Positions 26,341 to 41,084 of a DNA stretch of 64,000 nucleotides are shown one piece after another. The stretch lies in NCBI GenBank assembly GCA_951406725.2, contig OX597821.1, positions 46,810,001 to 46,874,000 of the forward strand, in the 5' to 3' direction. Numbering within the stretch: position 1 is the first letter of the stretch; every line of letters begins with the position of its first letter. The notes under the pieces were generated by a model that saw nothing but the letters and a program-made list of their open reading frames with translations, searched no databases and was not told the DNA's origin. Origin of the DNA: Octopus vulgaris (taxonomy: Eukaryota). The translations under genes were made by a program, and so were the position numbers.

Positions 26341-28160
26341 TATAGATATATATATCAGCGTGCAGTTAACTTGTAGCAGATTAACAAAAATTTAATTCAA
26401 TTTCAATAATTTTTCTTTTGATAGGATGCAAACTTTCTATTTATGCCTTCATGTCTGTGGCTACAGTAAATTATAGAAGATATTTTGAATAATGAATTAC
26501 AAACACACATATTATAAATACGATATGTATTAAAGGATAACAATAGCTTGATCATTTAAAAGATCTCAATTTAGCATAATTTACTTTTACTTCATAAAAT
26601 TGGTAAAATTGCATTCCAGATATTTCCGAAGTTATCATACATAAAATGATCGTGTATACTGATGTATTAATGGATATCGTATCCAATAAAGTAAGAGTTA
26701 CGATAAAAAGGAATGTTATAGACTGGCAGTAGTTATTAGATCTATTTGAGGACAATACTATTGCACGCTTTTGGACCCTGGTGGTTAAACGCGCAAAAAA
26801 TTGAATATTTAAAATTATTAATTTTCAAGCAGTTAACTTGGAATGATCTGGGAATTGAAAAGTACAGTAAGACATTGAGGCATCAGAAGTTTGACTGACA
26901 ACAATCAACACCAAATGTAATCATTTTTAAATTGAGTCAGGCACTCAATATGTTACTACACCTGTGAAAGGGGGTGAAACAATCGGGAATCATGACTTTC
27001 TTAGTTTCTTAGTTTCATTCTTCCATTCTTTCTTCGTTTCATCTGTTTTATGTTTACTATCATTCTTTTCTTGTTCCATATGTATTTTAAATACATAAGA
27101 AAAATATTTTTTCGCACACGAAAATGCAGCGAAAGACGATAAATTAGAAAACAGATTAAAAAAAAATTCTGTCTAGTAGAAATAAAATCTAAGTTGTTAC
27201 GTGAATGTAATCTGCATATTGAATTGATTATATTAACAATGGTAGCAAACTAGACAATATGTATCGCGTACGATAGAATTGGAGAATGCTGGAAAAACAA
27301 TGGCATGTATGGAGAAACAGTTTTTTTCAAAGGAATTCAATGGCTTTTGCAGAAACGATTAGTAACATTTACACACTGGATGTGTACATTTATACATAAC
27401 AAAGTAAACATCATACACTGACATGTTTGCACACACACAAATGTGTAAATAATGGAATAGGTTTCGTGCCAACAAATATGTAGATAATAAATCTGCAAGA
27501 AGTGGCAGCTAAATCTCCCTCAAAAAACATTCTATTGTTTTAAAATATATGGGATAATCTGGTTTTAGACATAGCAAGTTTGAGAAGGATAAACCAGGAT
27601 AATCATCGCTATAACTTGGTGAATATGGATGAACCACATCAGACTGACCTAGGGTTAAGCAATAGGAATAAAGCAAAAACATTTCACACCTGCACATACA
27701 CACACGCGTACATGTACAGACATATGCACACATATACACACACATATACTTACACAATCGTATAAACGCAAGCATGAACAGAAACTTAGACATTAATCAA
27801 TCAATCGATTAGTTGAATAGTTAAGCAATTGACAGGTGAAAGAAAAACCAATGTGTGTTTATTATTGGCATAATGAACCGCCCCAGATACAGCGGAAAAT
27901 GCTTCAACACGCGAGTTCACTTTAAGAATCTTGCGAACCAAATACAAAAACGAAATACATCTGTAATGTAAATGTATAAGAAAATTACTGAGAATTTGTA
28001 GTAGTGTAAGACATGGGAGTTCCAATTCATGGGATCACAAGAAAGCTTCTACGTATTCACTCAACCTAGAGGAAATGACAAAAAGAAGCACCCATTCGGA
28101 AATGTAATCCCTGATACACACACACATACATATACATACATACATACATACATACATACA

Positions 28161-28192
<32 letters not shown>

Positions 28193-29245
28193 CATATATA
28201 TGTCTTTCATCATAGATCTGCTCAGTCACCACACACCTCACCTTGGGCTAAATGACAGCAACAAATCATAAGTTTCTGTCATGAGATGTGTGTTGTGTCT
28301 ATAGCCCAAGCCCTGTTTTCCTATATACACCAGTTGCTTTACTATAGTAGAATCTGTTATTAGATGTTATTTAGGTTGAGAGTCAACAGTTAGCCACATC
28401 AGGATGCTTTCAACAAATAGCTAAGGTAGGGTTGAATTAATTTATATTTATTTCCCTGCCTTGTATATACCCCACTTTAATAATTTAGGTTGTGATTCAA
28501 CAACAAACACACATATACACCTTAAAATACTACTGAGGTTCATCCTCAGATATAACGGTTTCTAATTTAAGCACAAGACCAGCAGTTACAAGGGGAGATA
28601 TCTTGCCAGAATTATAAAGGCAATTCACTATTTATCACTGGAAAATGCAGGTGAATTTAACAAAATCGCTCGTTTTCTCAAGTCATACTGAAATAAAAAT
28701 GCAACCCCTAACCTTATGGGATGGTCTTATATACAATAAGCGGAGAAAGGAAAATAAAGTAGAATATTTTCGTTGTTAAGCTCTCAGTGCCTTGAGAGGG
28801 TGATGTGGAATGGAAGCAATAATGATTAAGAAACCGCGTGAGACAATAGCATGGAGTTTAGTCAAAAATCCACAATGTCCCACGGGACGCAGGAGGGAAG
28901 ACAGATCAGGTATTCGTGAGATAAAGAGGGAAGCAGAAAATGATTCAGTGTGAATAGGGCAGAAGTATGAAAGAGAAAGATGAAAGCTAAAAGCAAAAGG
29001 CAAAGTTTAAGGAAACGGTTGCTGTTATGTTGCATGGAAGACAAAAACGTGTCACTGTCTCCTAAAAATCCTAGATGCTCTACAATGGCACCAGCAGAAT
29101 GGGCGATAATGTCAGAACGTGCCGAAGTCATTAGAATTTGCAGCTAGCATGTGATATAAGCTATGTCCCACGATGCAAGATATATACGTGTATTACGGCT
29201 GAGTGTATAAATATTGGTGTATGGATGTATATAAAAATGTGTGTG

Positions 29246-29334
<89 letters not shown>

Positions 29335-29365
29335 GTCTATCTATCTGTCTATCTATCTATCTATC
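29246..29365. repeat. (CTAT)n tetranucleotide microsatellite
   Basis: Directly visible. Confidence 0.95.
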
Positions 29366-29937
29366 AGTATGTCTGTCTGTCTGCCTATCTTTCTGTCTGT
29401 CTGTCTATTTATCTATGTATCTATTTTGTCCCTTCTACTCTGTTATGACAATTAGGGTTCCAGTTGATCTTAGTACATAAGTGCGCACGCGCACACACAC
29501 ACATGCAAACGAATATCTATGTGTGTGCATAGGAATGTGTGGGTTAACAATATAACTAAATGCAATTAAATTCGCGCAGTTACCCGACTGGATAGATACA
29601 AAACAGAAAAAAAAAAGATAGCGAAGTCGAAATCTAGAGATTGATATATCTACATGTGTATATGTGTGTACATATATGCATATGCTTGTGTGTGTGTGTG
29701 TGTGTGTGTGTTTAAATAAATAGATGTTATTTATCCTGAGTCTAATCAAGTAAATAAGTCCTTTTACGATACGGTTAGCTTTAATCAAAGACAGCACACA
29801 GATCAGATGTTTGACTCAATTTATTCAACCTGTGTGTGTGTGTATACGTGTGTGTGTGTGTATGCGTGTGTGTGTTATCTTTAAATAGCATTATGTTGCA
29901 TAGCACACACACGCGCACACACTTTCTCCTATACGCA

Positions 29938-29975
<38 letters not shown>

Positions 29976-30173
29976 CACAAATGAAGCTTTACTCCTTCAT
30001 ACTTAACGAGTCTGATTAGCAATCTGTTGGACATGAAGATAAAACAAAAGTTGAGCAATAAATTTAGGAATGATATAATGAGGATTAACCGACTTCGTTT
30101 CATACATGTCTTACCTGCTATTTATTCCATGTATTCAGCTTAATGTGGTGTGGAATAAAAAGAAAAAAGCTAT

Positions 30174-30247
<74 letters not shown>

Positions 30248-31348
30248 CACACACTCACACTCGCTCTCTCTCTCTGCCTCTCTCGCTCACTCGGTCTCTC
30301 TCTTCTCCCTCGCTCCTTGTCTGTCTCTCACACACATACAAAAGAGATAAAATGAGAGAGAAAGATAGTGAGAGAGAGAGAGAGAGGAGAGACTAATTAA
30401 ATGTGTAAGTGTAGTATTTGTTGTATTTTCTACTGGCAGGTTTTGGGAGGGGCAATTAGTAGCTAAACAGCACATATAAACAACAGCTTACCTCTGCTCA
30501 ATAAATCAGGCTATAGTGAAGATCTGATAAATAGCTTTTAGCGTACAAGGAGATACAATTTAATAATATTCATCGTAAAGTCGGTCAAATAATTATTAGA
30601 AAGTATGGAATTTTTCCATTTATTTGGTTTTTAGGGTATATTTCAAATTTTTTCTCATCTTCTGTACAGGGTAGAAGAAAATGTGTTTTTGTCTTCTAAT
30701 TTAGCCGCTACAATAAACGTCTCTCGTTCCTAAATGAAGGATTACAATCAAAATTTTAAGAATCAATACTTTCAATGTTTTAGATAATAGTCAATGGCAG
30801 ATAACAGATGCTTTATATAATTGTCAATAGGTCTCTTTGTAGAGCTTCGGGACGATTTTATTAGGATCTTTTCTTCCCTTCGTCATAATTTATTCAAATT
30901 TTCTACACTAATGTGGTTTTGTGTTCTGATTCATTTGCTCTAGAAAACAATAATAAAATTATTCAATCTGAAGCCTCCATTGCCGGCATACCAAAAATAA
31001 TAATTGTTTTCTTCCAGGGCATCAGGATCACCATTATTGTTCTTATCCACGTATTTCTAGCCTGAAAGCAGTAAACAGCATTTATTCTTGTCTTAAATAC
31101 ATGATTGATTTTCTTTTTCCATCTCTTGTCCCCGTGGATCATAGAGAAATGAAAGGGAAGTATGAGCAATCGCTTGCAATTAATTTTCAGTTAAATGACC
31201 CTGAAGCAGCGTGAAATGGATTAATTGCTCAAAGACACAATGTTTGTACCAGGTCCAGAAATCGAACCCACAACCTTACGATCCAGCTCTTACTAACATC
31301 CAGTGTACGACATTTGTGTGTGTGTGTGTGTGTGTGTGAACGCGCGTA

Positions 31349-31411
<63 letters not shown>

Positions 31412-32299
31412 CCAAGGAACTGTGAAACATAAGATTAGTTGTCTTTATGTTTCATTGAGCAATTAAAAATATATTCACATCTTTGTAATGTTTTGCAATG
31501 AAATTGTAAACTCCAGTTTCACTTTCTCTCTCTCTCTCTACACACACACACACACACACACTCACACATGCACATATGCGCACACGCACACACACACGCA
31601 CCTATATATATATGTCTGTATACACAGACAGATATGTCCGTGTGCGTGAATTGTTTTCAAAATATCTCAACAAAATTTCAGTGCCATGATACGCTGAATA
31701 ATTTCCCGAATATATATTATTAGCCATCGCATGGCTAAGGAAGTTCAAACATCTGCTTAAACAGAGAGTATTTGTTTATAATATTGCCAAAGCCTCGAGG
31801 GATATTAAAAAAAAAAGGAAAAAGTTTTAACATTCTTCTAAATAGTTCTATAATGTAAACGTGATGTACTTATCAATAGAAGTTTTGAATGTAACACCTG
31901 GTATAATTTCAAGATTATCTTGAATTAAATTCGGATTGGTGTCTCTTTTGCAAGCGTATTCATATTTGAATCCCCGTTACATAATTTTATCGTTAACGGA
32001 TGTTGTTTTCTAGAGGCCATTAGAGATTAGTAATTAGTAAAGTAGACATCATGAAAGAGTTTTACTTTCAACCGAATATTCGACCGACAATTTATTCTTG
32101 TCTACTCATTTTCCCAGAATTATAGCCCCAAGAATACAGCTCCCGAAATACATTTATAGAAATTTTAGAATCAGTGTAGCTAATAAGAAACTTTTTTAAT
32201 CCAGTTAATTAATCCAAATATTGACACATTTTATGTTTCCGTATTTGTATTGATGTGTGTGAGTGTGTGTGTATGTATGTGTGTGTGTGTGATTGCGCA

Positions 32300-32415
32300 C
32301 GTACTCCTTCGGTTACGACGACGAGAGTTCTACTTGACCTGATCAACAGAAAAGGACTGTGCATGCTAGACACGTGTAACATTAATGTAGTTGTCAGGGA
32401 GCCTCAGCACGACCC
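32300..32415 (-). mobile_element. Family C-type SINE 3' tail remnant
   Basis: actccttcggttacgacgacgagagttct...tgatcaacagaa resembles 24540-24670. Confidence 0.6.
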
Positions 32416-32469
32416 CCTTCTGTCATGAACGACCCTCGGATTGCACTTAGAAAGTTACCCTCCGAGGCA

Positions 32470-32538
<69 letters not shown>

Positions 32539-32539
<1 letters not shown>

Positions 32540-32913
32540 TCTTACTCTTTTACTTGTTTCAGTCATTTGACTGCGGCCATGCTGGAGCACCGCCTTTAGT
32601 CGAGCAACTCGACCCCGGGACTTATTCTATCGGTCTGTTTTGCCGAATCGCTAAGTGACAGGGACATAAACACACCAGCATCGGTTGTCAAGCAATGCTA
32701 GGGGGACAAACACAGATACACAAACACACACACGCATATATATATATACATATATACGACGGGCTTCTTTCAGTTTCCGTCTACCAAATCCACTCACAAG
32801 GCATTGGTCGGCCCGAGGCTATAGTAGAAGACACTTGCCCAAGGTTCCACGCAGTGGGACTGAACCCGGAACCATGTGGTTGGTAAACAAGCTACTTACC
32901 ACACAGCCACTCC
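32539..32913 (-). mobile_element. SINE family A
   Basis: Reverse-complement match to 11702-12110. Confidence 0.88.
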
Positions 32914-32926
32914 TATACATACATGC

Positions 32927-32957
<31 letters not shown>

Positions 32958-32987
32958 ACTACAGTGTATAACTATATATGTATAGTG

Positions 32988-33150
32988 AAGGCACATGGTG
33001 AAATGGTTAAAGTATTCGGCTAACGATCGTAAGGTCATGAGTAGGATATTCAGTGCCGCGTTGTGTACTTGAACAAGACTCTTTATTTCACATTGCTCCA
33101 GTCCACTCAGCAGGAACAAATGAGTAATACATGTATTTCAAAAGGCCAGC
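32988..33150 (+). mobile_element. Diverged tRNA-derived SINE
   Basis: Head aggcacatggtgaaatggttaaagtattcggctaacgatcgtaaggtc, then ttgtgtacttgaacaagac...tgctccagtccactcagc. Confidence 0.55.
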
Positions 33151-33839
33151 ATCACCTTACTTAAGTACACATTCGAAATTTCCAGCAAATACACGCATAT
33201 GTACAAATCTTTGTTCGCAAACTGGAGGATATCACCCTTTCCTGACTGAGCAGTTGTCTCGCAGACTTTGAATTCCTCTCCGTTGAATTATTCTTCAACT
33301 AATTTAATCATCACTTCTATAGTCAAAATAAACGTAACTTTAATTTTCTTTTGTTTCCTTTCTTTTCCCGTTTTTGCTCATCTTTTGTCTTATCATTCTT
33401 CCTTTTACATCAACCCTCTCGTTATTTTCGTGGTTTTCATGTACCAGCGTCTTAATTTTCAAATAGAAGATTGCTTGGAGGAATAAAGCACGTTACAAAA
33501 ATTTGGCTAACCACGTGCCCAAACGGCAAAAAAACTGTTAGTAGCTCTTATTTTAATACAGCGTACATTAAAATGATTATTTATCTCTCCCTGGATGAAA
33601 TGCTTTTTCTGTTGGTCTTACCTTAACGGGACAGTAAACTATAAATCTACAAATATACAAAAAAATTTAGAATTATCAGAAAAAATTTAGAATCAATTCA
33701 ACGATTCTCGGAGTTAAGGTCAACACTGGTGGGAACTGAACTCAACACCAAAACAATACTTCGTGACATAGTTTGACACACTTGTATTTCTGCAACCTAC
33801 CGTATTTTAACGATAACAACGACGACGACGATCACGATA

Positions 33840-33875
<36 letters not shown>

Positions 33876-34685
33876 GTGGTGAAGATGATGATGTTGATAA
33901 TGATGATAATCTGGAAAATTTTGAAGGAAAATGAATCTGCTGCTGAGCCACGAGGGTATAGAGGTGGGACGGGTACAATCCACCACCACCACCACAATTT
34001 GAACAAACAACGAAAAAAAACAAAAAAAAACAACACGAATACATATAAATAGATACATAAATGAAAAGAATATTAGAAAGTAATTATGTATCAATCAGTG
34101 AGTAGCATTAGGAGCAGAAACTGGCAGTGGGAAGAACAAAGAAAATAAAATGAACTCAAGTGAAATAAATAAATAAACAAACAAACAAACAAACCACTGG
34201 CATGTGATTGGTGGATATGTTGGCCAATCGATCTTTAATGCATGAAGAGAGCAGGAGCGATTGAGAGACGTAGTGACACACGAATAAGCACATACAGTGG
34301 AGAAGATGCTTATAATAATCACATTGGGATGGAATGTTTAAGAAAACAATAACCAACAGGTCGTCGTATTAACGATACTTCATGTGTATTTGAAGGCCGC
34401 TGATTTATGATAATAAACGTTTGATAGATAACCTTTCGATGGTGATATGTTTCTGTTCTTGTGTATGTATGCGTGTGTGCGTGATTGCATGATTGCGTGA
34501 GTTCATGCATGTTCTGGTGAAAAAGAATTCAGTAAACAGGGAGTATTCGGTACAGTTCGGAGAGTAATATCCTATTTAAAACAGGCTAAAATCTTCACTA
34601 GCCCTCGCTGTGAGTTTCACGTTACACGTTTCCGGTACATACTTGCAGGCCTATTACTTTTATAAAGAGGTTACATGTAATATTT

Positions 34686-34901
34686 TCTTTTATTCTTTTA
34701 TTTGATTCAGTCATTTGACTGCGCTCATACTAGAGCAACGCATTTAGTCGAACAAATCGCCCCACCTCACCCAGGAGTTATTCTTTGTAAGCCTAGTACT
34801 TATTCTATCGATCTCCTTTGACGAACCGCTATGTTACGGGGGCGTAGACACGTCACCATCAGATGTCAAACGATGGTGGGAGACAATCACAGACACACAA
34901 A

Positions 34902-34939
<38 letters not shown>

Positions 34940-35107
34940 TATATGTACGACAGGTTTCTTTCAGTCTCCGTCTATGAAATAAATTCACAAGGCTTTGGTC
35001 GGCCCGAGCCCCTATAGTAGAAGACACTTGCCCAAGGTGCCACGCAGTGGGACTGAACCCGGAACCATGTGGCTAGTAAGCAAGCTACTTACCACACACC
35101 CACTCCT
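34686..35107 (-). mobile_element. SINE family A
   Basis: Reverse-complement match to 11702-12110. Confidence 0.85.
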
Positions 35108-35411
35108 GAGCTTATATATATAATAATCATAATCATAATCATAAACGAGGAAAAAAACAAGAAAAAAAGCAACAACGCGAAGATGTGGTACATGCTAAGT
35201 ATTAGCAGACGCTCACGGTAGGAATATGTGTATATATATATATATTGTATGTATGTATGTATGTATGTATGTATGTATGTATGTATGTATGTATGCATGT
35301 ATGTATGTATGTATGTATGTATGTATGTATGTATGTATGTATGTATGTGTATGTATGCATGTGTGTGTGTGTGTGTGGAGGCACGTGGCTTAGTGGTTAG
35401 GGCGTCAGCAT

Positions 35412-36325
35412 CACTTTCTTCCCTTTTTACATTTGCAGGACGTTTCATTAGAAACATAGCAAGAAAAGTCTACTTTTTCCTGCCTTTCAAAATGTTACGA
35501 AAATGCGCCAGAGCAGTCATTAAACAAAGCAGCTGCAAGACTTGTAGCTACTTTTTCAGGATGATATTTTCTACAAATTCAGAAACATACAGCCACTTTG
35601 CCATCATTGCTTTTATGTCACTCGTAGAGATAGCATTCTCTGCTACACTGTCCTCCTCAAGGGAACCAATCTCTTCCAGCACATCCAAACGCTGAAGCTA
35701 CAGAAGTTCCTCTGCTGTCAGCTCTGCTCAGTGTTTCTAGACGAGTTCGTTAACGTCCCCATCATCAACCTCGATATCTATGGACTTACCAAGAGATACT
35801 ATCTCCTCGATTACAGGTGTCTCAAACTCAAAGCTCTCGGATACGCAGTCAGACCACAGTTTCTTCCATGCAGAATTCAACGTTCTCCTCGTTACAACGA
35901 AAGAGAAATAAATTCTGCATAAGGTATAAAAAAGATAAAAATAATTTGTATGTTGTTAGTAACAAAATATTTTGTAAGAAATAGAACTTTTATCATCGGT
36001 CTTAAATTTATTTTCGCCAGTACAGAATAAATAGAAGAGAAAAAATAGGAGAGGTAAAAGATATCGAGAGGCGAGAGAAATGACGACCGTCCACCTGGAC
36101 GTCCCATCCGGAAAAGACAGAGAGACGAGAAAAATGGCCTATAGTCACATGTGAGCAATAGGCAGGGGGGGGGGAGGGGACAAGAGAAAGAAGAAGAGAT
36201 CGTTTCCGTACGTCCACTTTAAGGTGGGGTGGAGTAAGCACAGATATCGTGGTTAAAATTCTATTTTTTCCAGAAGTTGATGCTAACAAAACGTTATTCG
36301 GATTTCTTCGTTTTATACTGGACTG
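35412..36325 (-). mobile_element. Tigger/pogo-family DNA transposon remnant, internally deleted
   Basis: Minus strand ~35880-35412 reads NSAWKKLWSDCV...VIEEIVSLGKSIDIEVDDGDVNELV..ELTAEELL...DIKAMMAKWLYVSEFVE/YHPEKVATS..ALFND..AHFRNILKGRKK, a Tigger transposase C-terminus. A possible CAGT-starting end near 36325 is tentative. Confidence 0.75.
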
Positions 36326-36939
36326 CAGTTTTCCTAGCTTTTAATTTCTATTACTTGACGCTAAAGGAAGTTTTTCTTAAGATAGCATATTTAAAAATTT
36401 CCAGTTTACTATTGTAGAAAGCAAGCACAAATGTCGGATGAAATAAAACTGGTGACGGTCTGTGTAAGCGACTATTATCCCACCGAAGGTTCTGAGAAAA
36501 CCGTTTGAATAGCTGTGTCGTGGAAAGTGATTATTTTCATGGTGTTTTCCCTTTGTCTGAGATTGTGGAAGAGAGAAAATAAGTAATATTATCGCGTTGA
36601 TGTACTGTTGGTTTACAACAAAAGTGACATTACCAGTTGAACTTTCGGCATTTAAAGCACACTTAATTTAGATAGAGAATATAAACATAGTCTTTTACAG
36701 TTGTTTCTTAAGCAGCCAAGCATGTGGATCATTATAATGAGTAAGGATTCCATAAATTGAGTAAATCGTCATCAGAGAGATGTAAAAAAGAGGGAATATT
36801 CCCAGTTGTGGATATTAGTATATTCCAGTTTGCCATAAATGGGGGCAAGATCAGAGTATAATAGGTATAATAGGTATGATCAGTTTACTTTTACTTTGTA
36901 CATGTATATATATATATATATATATACATATATACATAT

Positions 36940-37905
36940 AGATGGTAGTTGTCTACTCCTTAGGCAGAGACTGAGCACCTCTTGCATTTACACCTTAGAT
37001 TCATCATGGCGTCTGATATGACTTTTTAAACCAGACAATGTATTGAAAAGACTCCCACATAGATTGCATATGGACCACCAAGAGCTGCAGTTAAGTTCTG
37101 ATCTTTGTGGATCTTACAATGTCTTTTGAGGCCTCCGTTAGATTTGCAGACCGTATGGTATACACGGCATTGAAATGCGTGCGCAGATATTTAGGAAGAG
37201 TAGTTGGGGGAAGGTTCATTTTTAATGGGTCCGCAAATGGGATTTGAGCCCTTCAAAAGCAAGACACGGTCTGTTACAAACCTTGCACACAAAAAAGGTC
37301 ACTGAAATTCAACTTCTCGATCGCAACATTCTTTTTTAAACCTCTCCTGGATCTTGCCTGCGTCATCCTAGTCTCCTCAAAAGCTTTCATTCCACTCCAC
37401 ACTTTTCTTCACCATCCAACTCGATCCGAAGCAAGGGCCTTTGGATCCATTCCAAGTGACTTCATAGTACTCCTAATACCGCCCTTAAGCCTCTTTTTAG
37501 GTTTACACTGATTGAAAACTCGCCATAAAACAGCTGTATCAGTGTGCGTTTATTTACAATTCGAACAATATGGCCAGACCATTTCATTTGGTTTTTCAGT
37601 ATCATTGATTTAATTGAAGTGATGCCTGCAGACTCAAAGACATCTGTGTCTGGAGTAAAAAAAGAAAAAAGAGAAACCATTTAATGTCTAGAAATGTCTT
37701 TCTTAACACGTCCATGTTTCAGAAAAATACAACTGGGACGTTAAGACAAACGCTTTGTAAAGAGCCAATTTCGTGTTGTTATTTATATGCCGTTGGTGCC
37801 AAACGCATGACTCCAAACCACCAAATGCTTGTGGTGCCCTTTGAATTTGCAGATGCATTTCTGTGTCCAGATTTCCATAATTTTGTACAGGGCTTCCGAG
37901 GTAGA
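36940..37905 (-). mobile_element. RTE-clade LINE 3' fragment ending in three C2H2 zinc-finger motifs, defective
   Basis: DVFESAGITSIKSMILKNQMKWSGHIVRI...QLFYGE, then fingers at 37225-37287, ~37108-37170 and ~37006-37068. Stop at 36988-36990. Confidence 0.85.
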
Positions 37906-38580
37906 TGAAACAATCAACAACCTGTAGTTACTTACTCTTAACGAAAATATTAGTGGGGGTCGCAAACAGCACCACGTACAAGTTGATACATTACAACGGT
38001 TTACACACTTCTACTGAGATACTCAAAATTTATAAATTTCCAATTTATTGCATAGAAGACAGTAAACTAGCGTATGTATACAGTATTGTATATCTACGAG
38101 ACAACTGTCATTCTGCATATAACTACAACTAATTTACCAATTACACATTACTATAATGGCTTTGTCATTTTAAAATCAATTTGTTAGAAAGAGTGCTGTG
38201 TTCTGTGGATACGTTTTTATTGATATACAAACACGATTTTATTGTTATTGCAATGTTTCTGGATATAAAACAGAATTTATTAACTTATATTTCGCACAAG
38301 AATGTCGTGTCTGCTGAAATTTATTTGCGGATAGATTGTTCTGATTAAAGATGACTGAACACTGTATAATTCGATTTCATTTAATCTACATTATAACCAA
38401 TACTGATCATGTACAAGACGCACCAGAAACATGGAAGCGCATAAATTATAAATAACCATATACGTATATGTGATCATGCATGAATGTGTGCATACGCCTA
38501 GGTGCATATACATGTGTGTATATATATATGTATATATGTATATGTATACACATATACATATGTATGTATATATGTAGATA

Positions 38581-38645
<65 letters not shown>

Positions 38646-39915
38646 CTGTGTGTGTGCGTCCGTGTGTGTGTATTATTTTGTAATTCTTATTAACTTGCTG
38701 AAAAGTAGCACATTTATACAATAATTAGAATGAAATTTATTGATACTTTTCATTAGACTGGGAGTCCAAGCCTCACCCTTAACAGCTTATTCAAACGGTG
38801 ACAGTATAAACAATAATCTCGCGTTAAAGCCATACATCAGACATTTTTTTCTCGAAAAAGTTAAGAAGGGAATAATACTTATTGATCGAAGTGCTGCCTA
38901 AATGTAATCAGAGATCAAGAGAGTAATTGCAAGATAGATAATTGCAAGGTAAATGTTTCTCAATTTCAATTCAATTGTCGAATTAAGAAAGTTGGCACAG
39001 TCTTATGACAATCTTAGATAGCAAAGAGAAAACTGTAAAATATTCGTTGTACAGTAACGCCAAGGCTACGCACTGTACACTTAACGCCAAGATATCTGCT
39101 ATGTATCAACAGCGAAATTATTTAATAGAAAACTGGACAGCATGGCTTTAGTCATTCAGTTACCTTGTAAGAGACTACTCAATTATTCGACATGCAGACA
39201 TTGGCTCCATTCAAGAATCTCTGTGGGAAACCAGTATTGTCATAACTACCAAGTAAAGAGTCGCTTTTAGTAATGAATAGTAATTTGACACTGATACAGC
39301 CAGTACTGGATCCTTTATTCTCTTCATGTATAGTGTTCTAAAGTACACTAAGCCATAAAATAAATGAGGTTTTGTGTGTGTGTGTGTGTATTGAAATTAT
39401 ATAAGCTAAGGCCCACTTAATTGTTATGAAAATATCTTTACGTCAGATATTTCCATGTCTATCAATTTTCGGTTTTCTCCTTTTTCAGTTTTTGCCAAAC
39501 GTAATGTAATTAAGGTGCCCCTAATTGGTTTGTTCCGATGATACGCAATCACGTCTAAAAACGTTAAGGGCGAAAATATTGCAGAAGAAACAAAATTAAA
39601 TTTAATATTAAAACAAAACTCGCTATCTTATTTATATTTAATAAATGAGAAAGAAAAAAAATAATTTCTTTCAATATTCTTTTTCTATTGCAAAGAAACT
39701 GAATCAACAATAAAAAGTAAAATTACAATGCAACAGAAATTCCAACCAAACATGTGAAATTCTTAATTTCAGACATAGCTGTGGTTGTGTTCTCTGAGCT
39801 CTCTGACACTTCAACAGTCGGGAAGAACAAAACAGAGGACGTGTTGTTATTATTACTATTATTATTATTATTATTATTATTATCATTATTATTATTATCA
39901 TTATTATCATTATCA

Positions 39916-39968
<53 letters not shown>

Positions 39969-40524
39969 GAGTGAGAGAGCAGTGCATGCCATCAAAGTGA
40001 CACTGGGGTAAAATATACGAAGCCCAATATACCCATCATGACTACCCGTCTGATAAAGGTACACCAGGCACATGCATCACAACCATATGTGCGCGACATG
40101 GTGATCTCATATCAAGATAAATAGCACATGACCTTGCAGGTGGAGCCCAGTTAGAATTTTCTTCAGGTTGAGTAGCCCATCCCGCTCAAAAGGTCCCTGA
40201 ATAAGGGTTGTTTAAGGATGTTGAAAGAACCACCCATGTTTCACGAGGTGAATTATTCAAACCCCAAAGAATCCCTCTCAACCCATGGCTATGATGCTCC
40301 CCCACTTCTTCTGCTCGTGATCAGAGATGCACATATTGTCAGCCACTAAGGAACATGCTCAACTGCTTAAGGTCAAACAACTGACAAGCAAATCTGTGGT
40401 ATTGAGCAGAATATTTGCTGTAGCCCATCTTTTATACCAAGACAAAACAATGTACATGATAACACTTCCAATCAGTTAAGATCAGAAGCCATGAGAGCCA
40501 CTGCCTGGTACTGCATCAGGGCAT
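39969..40524 (-). mobile_element. Full-length ~556-bp (AAT)n-embedded non-coding element
   Basis: Flanked by (ATT)n on both sides (39845-39968 and 40525-40655). Both ends match the copy at 48921-49452. Confidence 0.88.
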
Positions 40525-40539
40525 TTATTATTATTATTA

Positions 40540-40887
<348 letters not shown>

Positions 40888-40975
40888 CACCAACAACAAC
40901 AATAACAATAACAACAACAACAACAACATCGAAAAATACCTTAGGAATGAGAACCCAGGTTCGAAATTTCCCCGA

Positions 40976-41021
40976 GACACCTGATGAAGGCTGGAGGGTA
41001 TATCAGCCGAAACGTTGTGTT
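40976..41021 (+). ncRNA. Minimal type I hammerhead ribozyme with intact catalytic core
   Basis: GACAC-CTGATGA-A-GGCTG-gagggtatat-CAGCC-GAAAC-GT-T-GTGTT. Helix I is GACAC/GTGTT, helix II is GGCTG/CAGCC, and the palindrome AACGTT stands in for helix III. Predicted cleavage after GUU at 41016. Confidence 0.82.
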
Positions 41022-41084
41022 AACAACAAACAAGATGAGGGCAAATACCCATCAATTGTAAATAATGTAAATAATGTATCTGGA

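Noticed and set aside
30920-31065. Possible minus-strand exon after tttactgctttcag
   Set aside because: All frames close quickly, and there is no recognisable protein motif or partner exon.
40471-40516. Short resemblances to U2 snRNA (atcagttaagatc, cctggtactgca) at one end of the 556-bp element
   Set aside because: The two short patches have the wrong spacing and lie antisense to the inferred element orientation, so this is likely chance.
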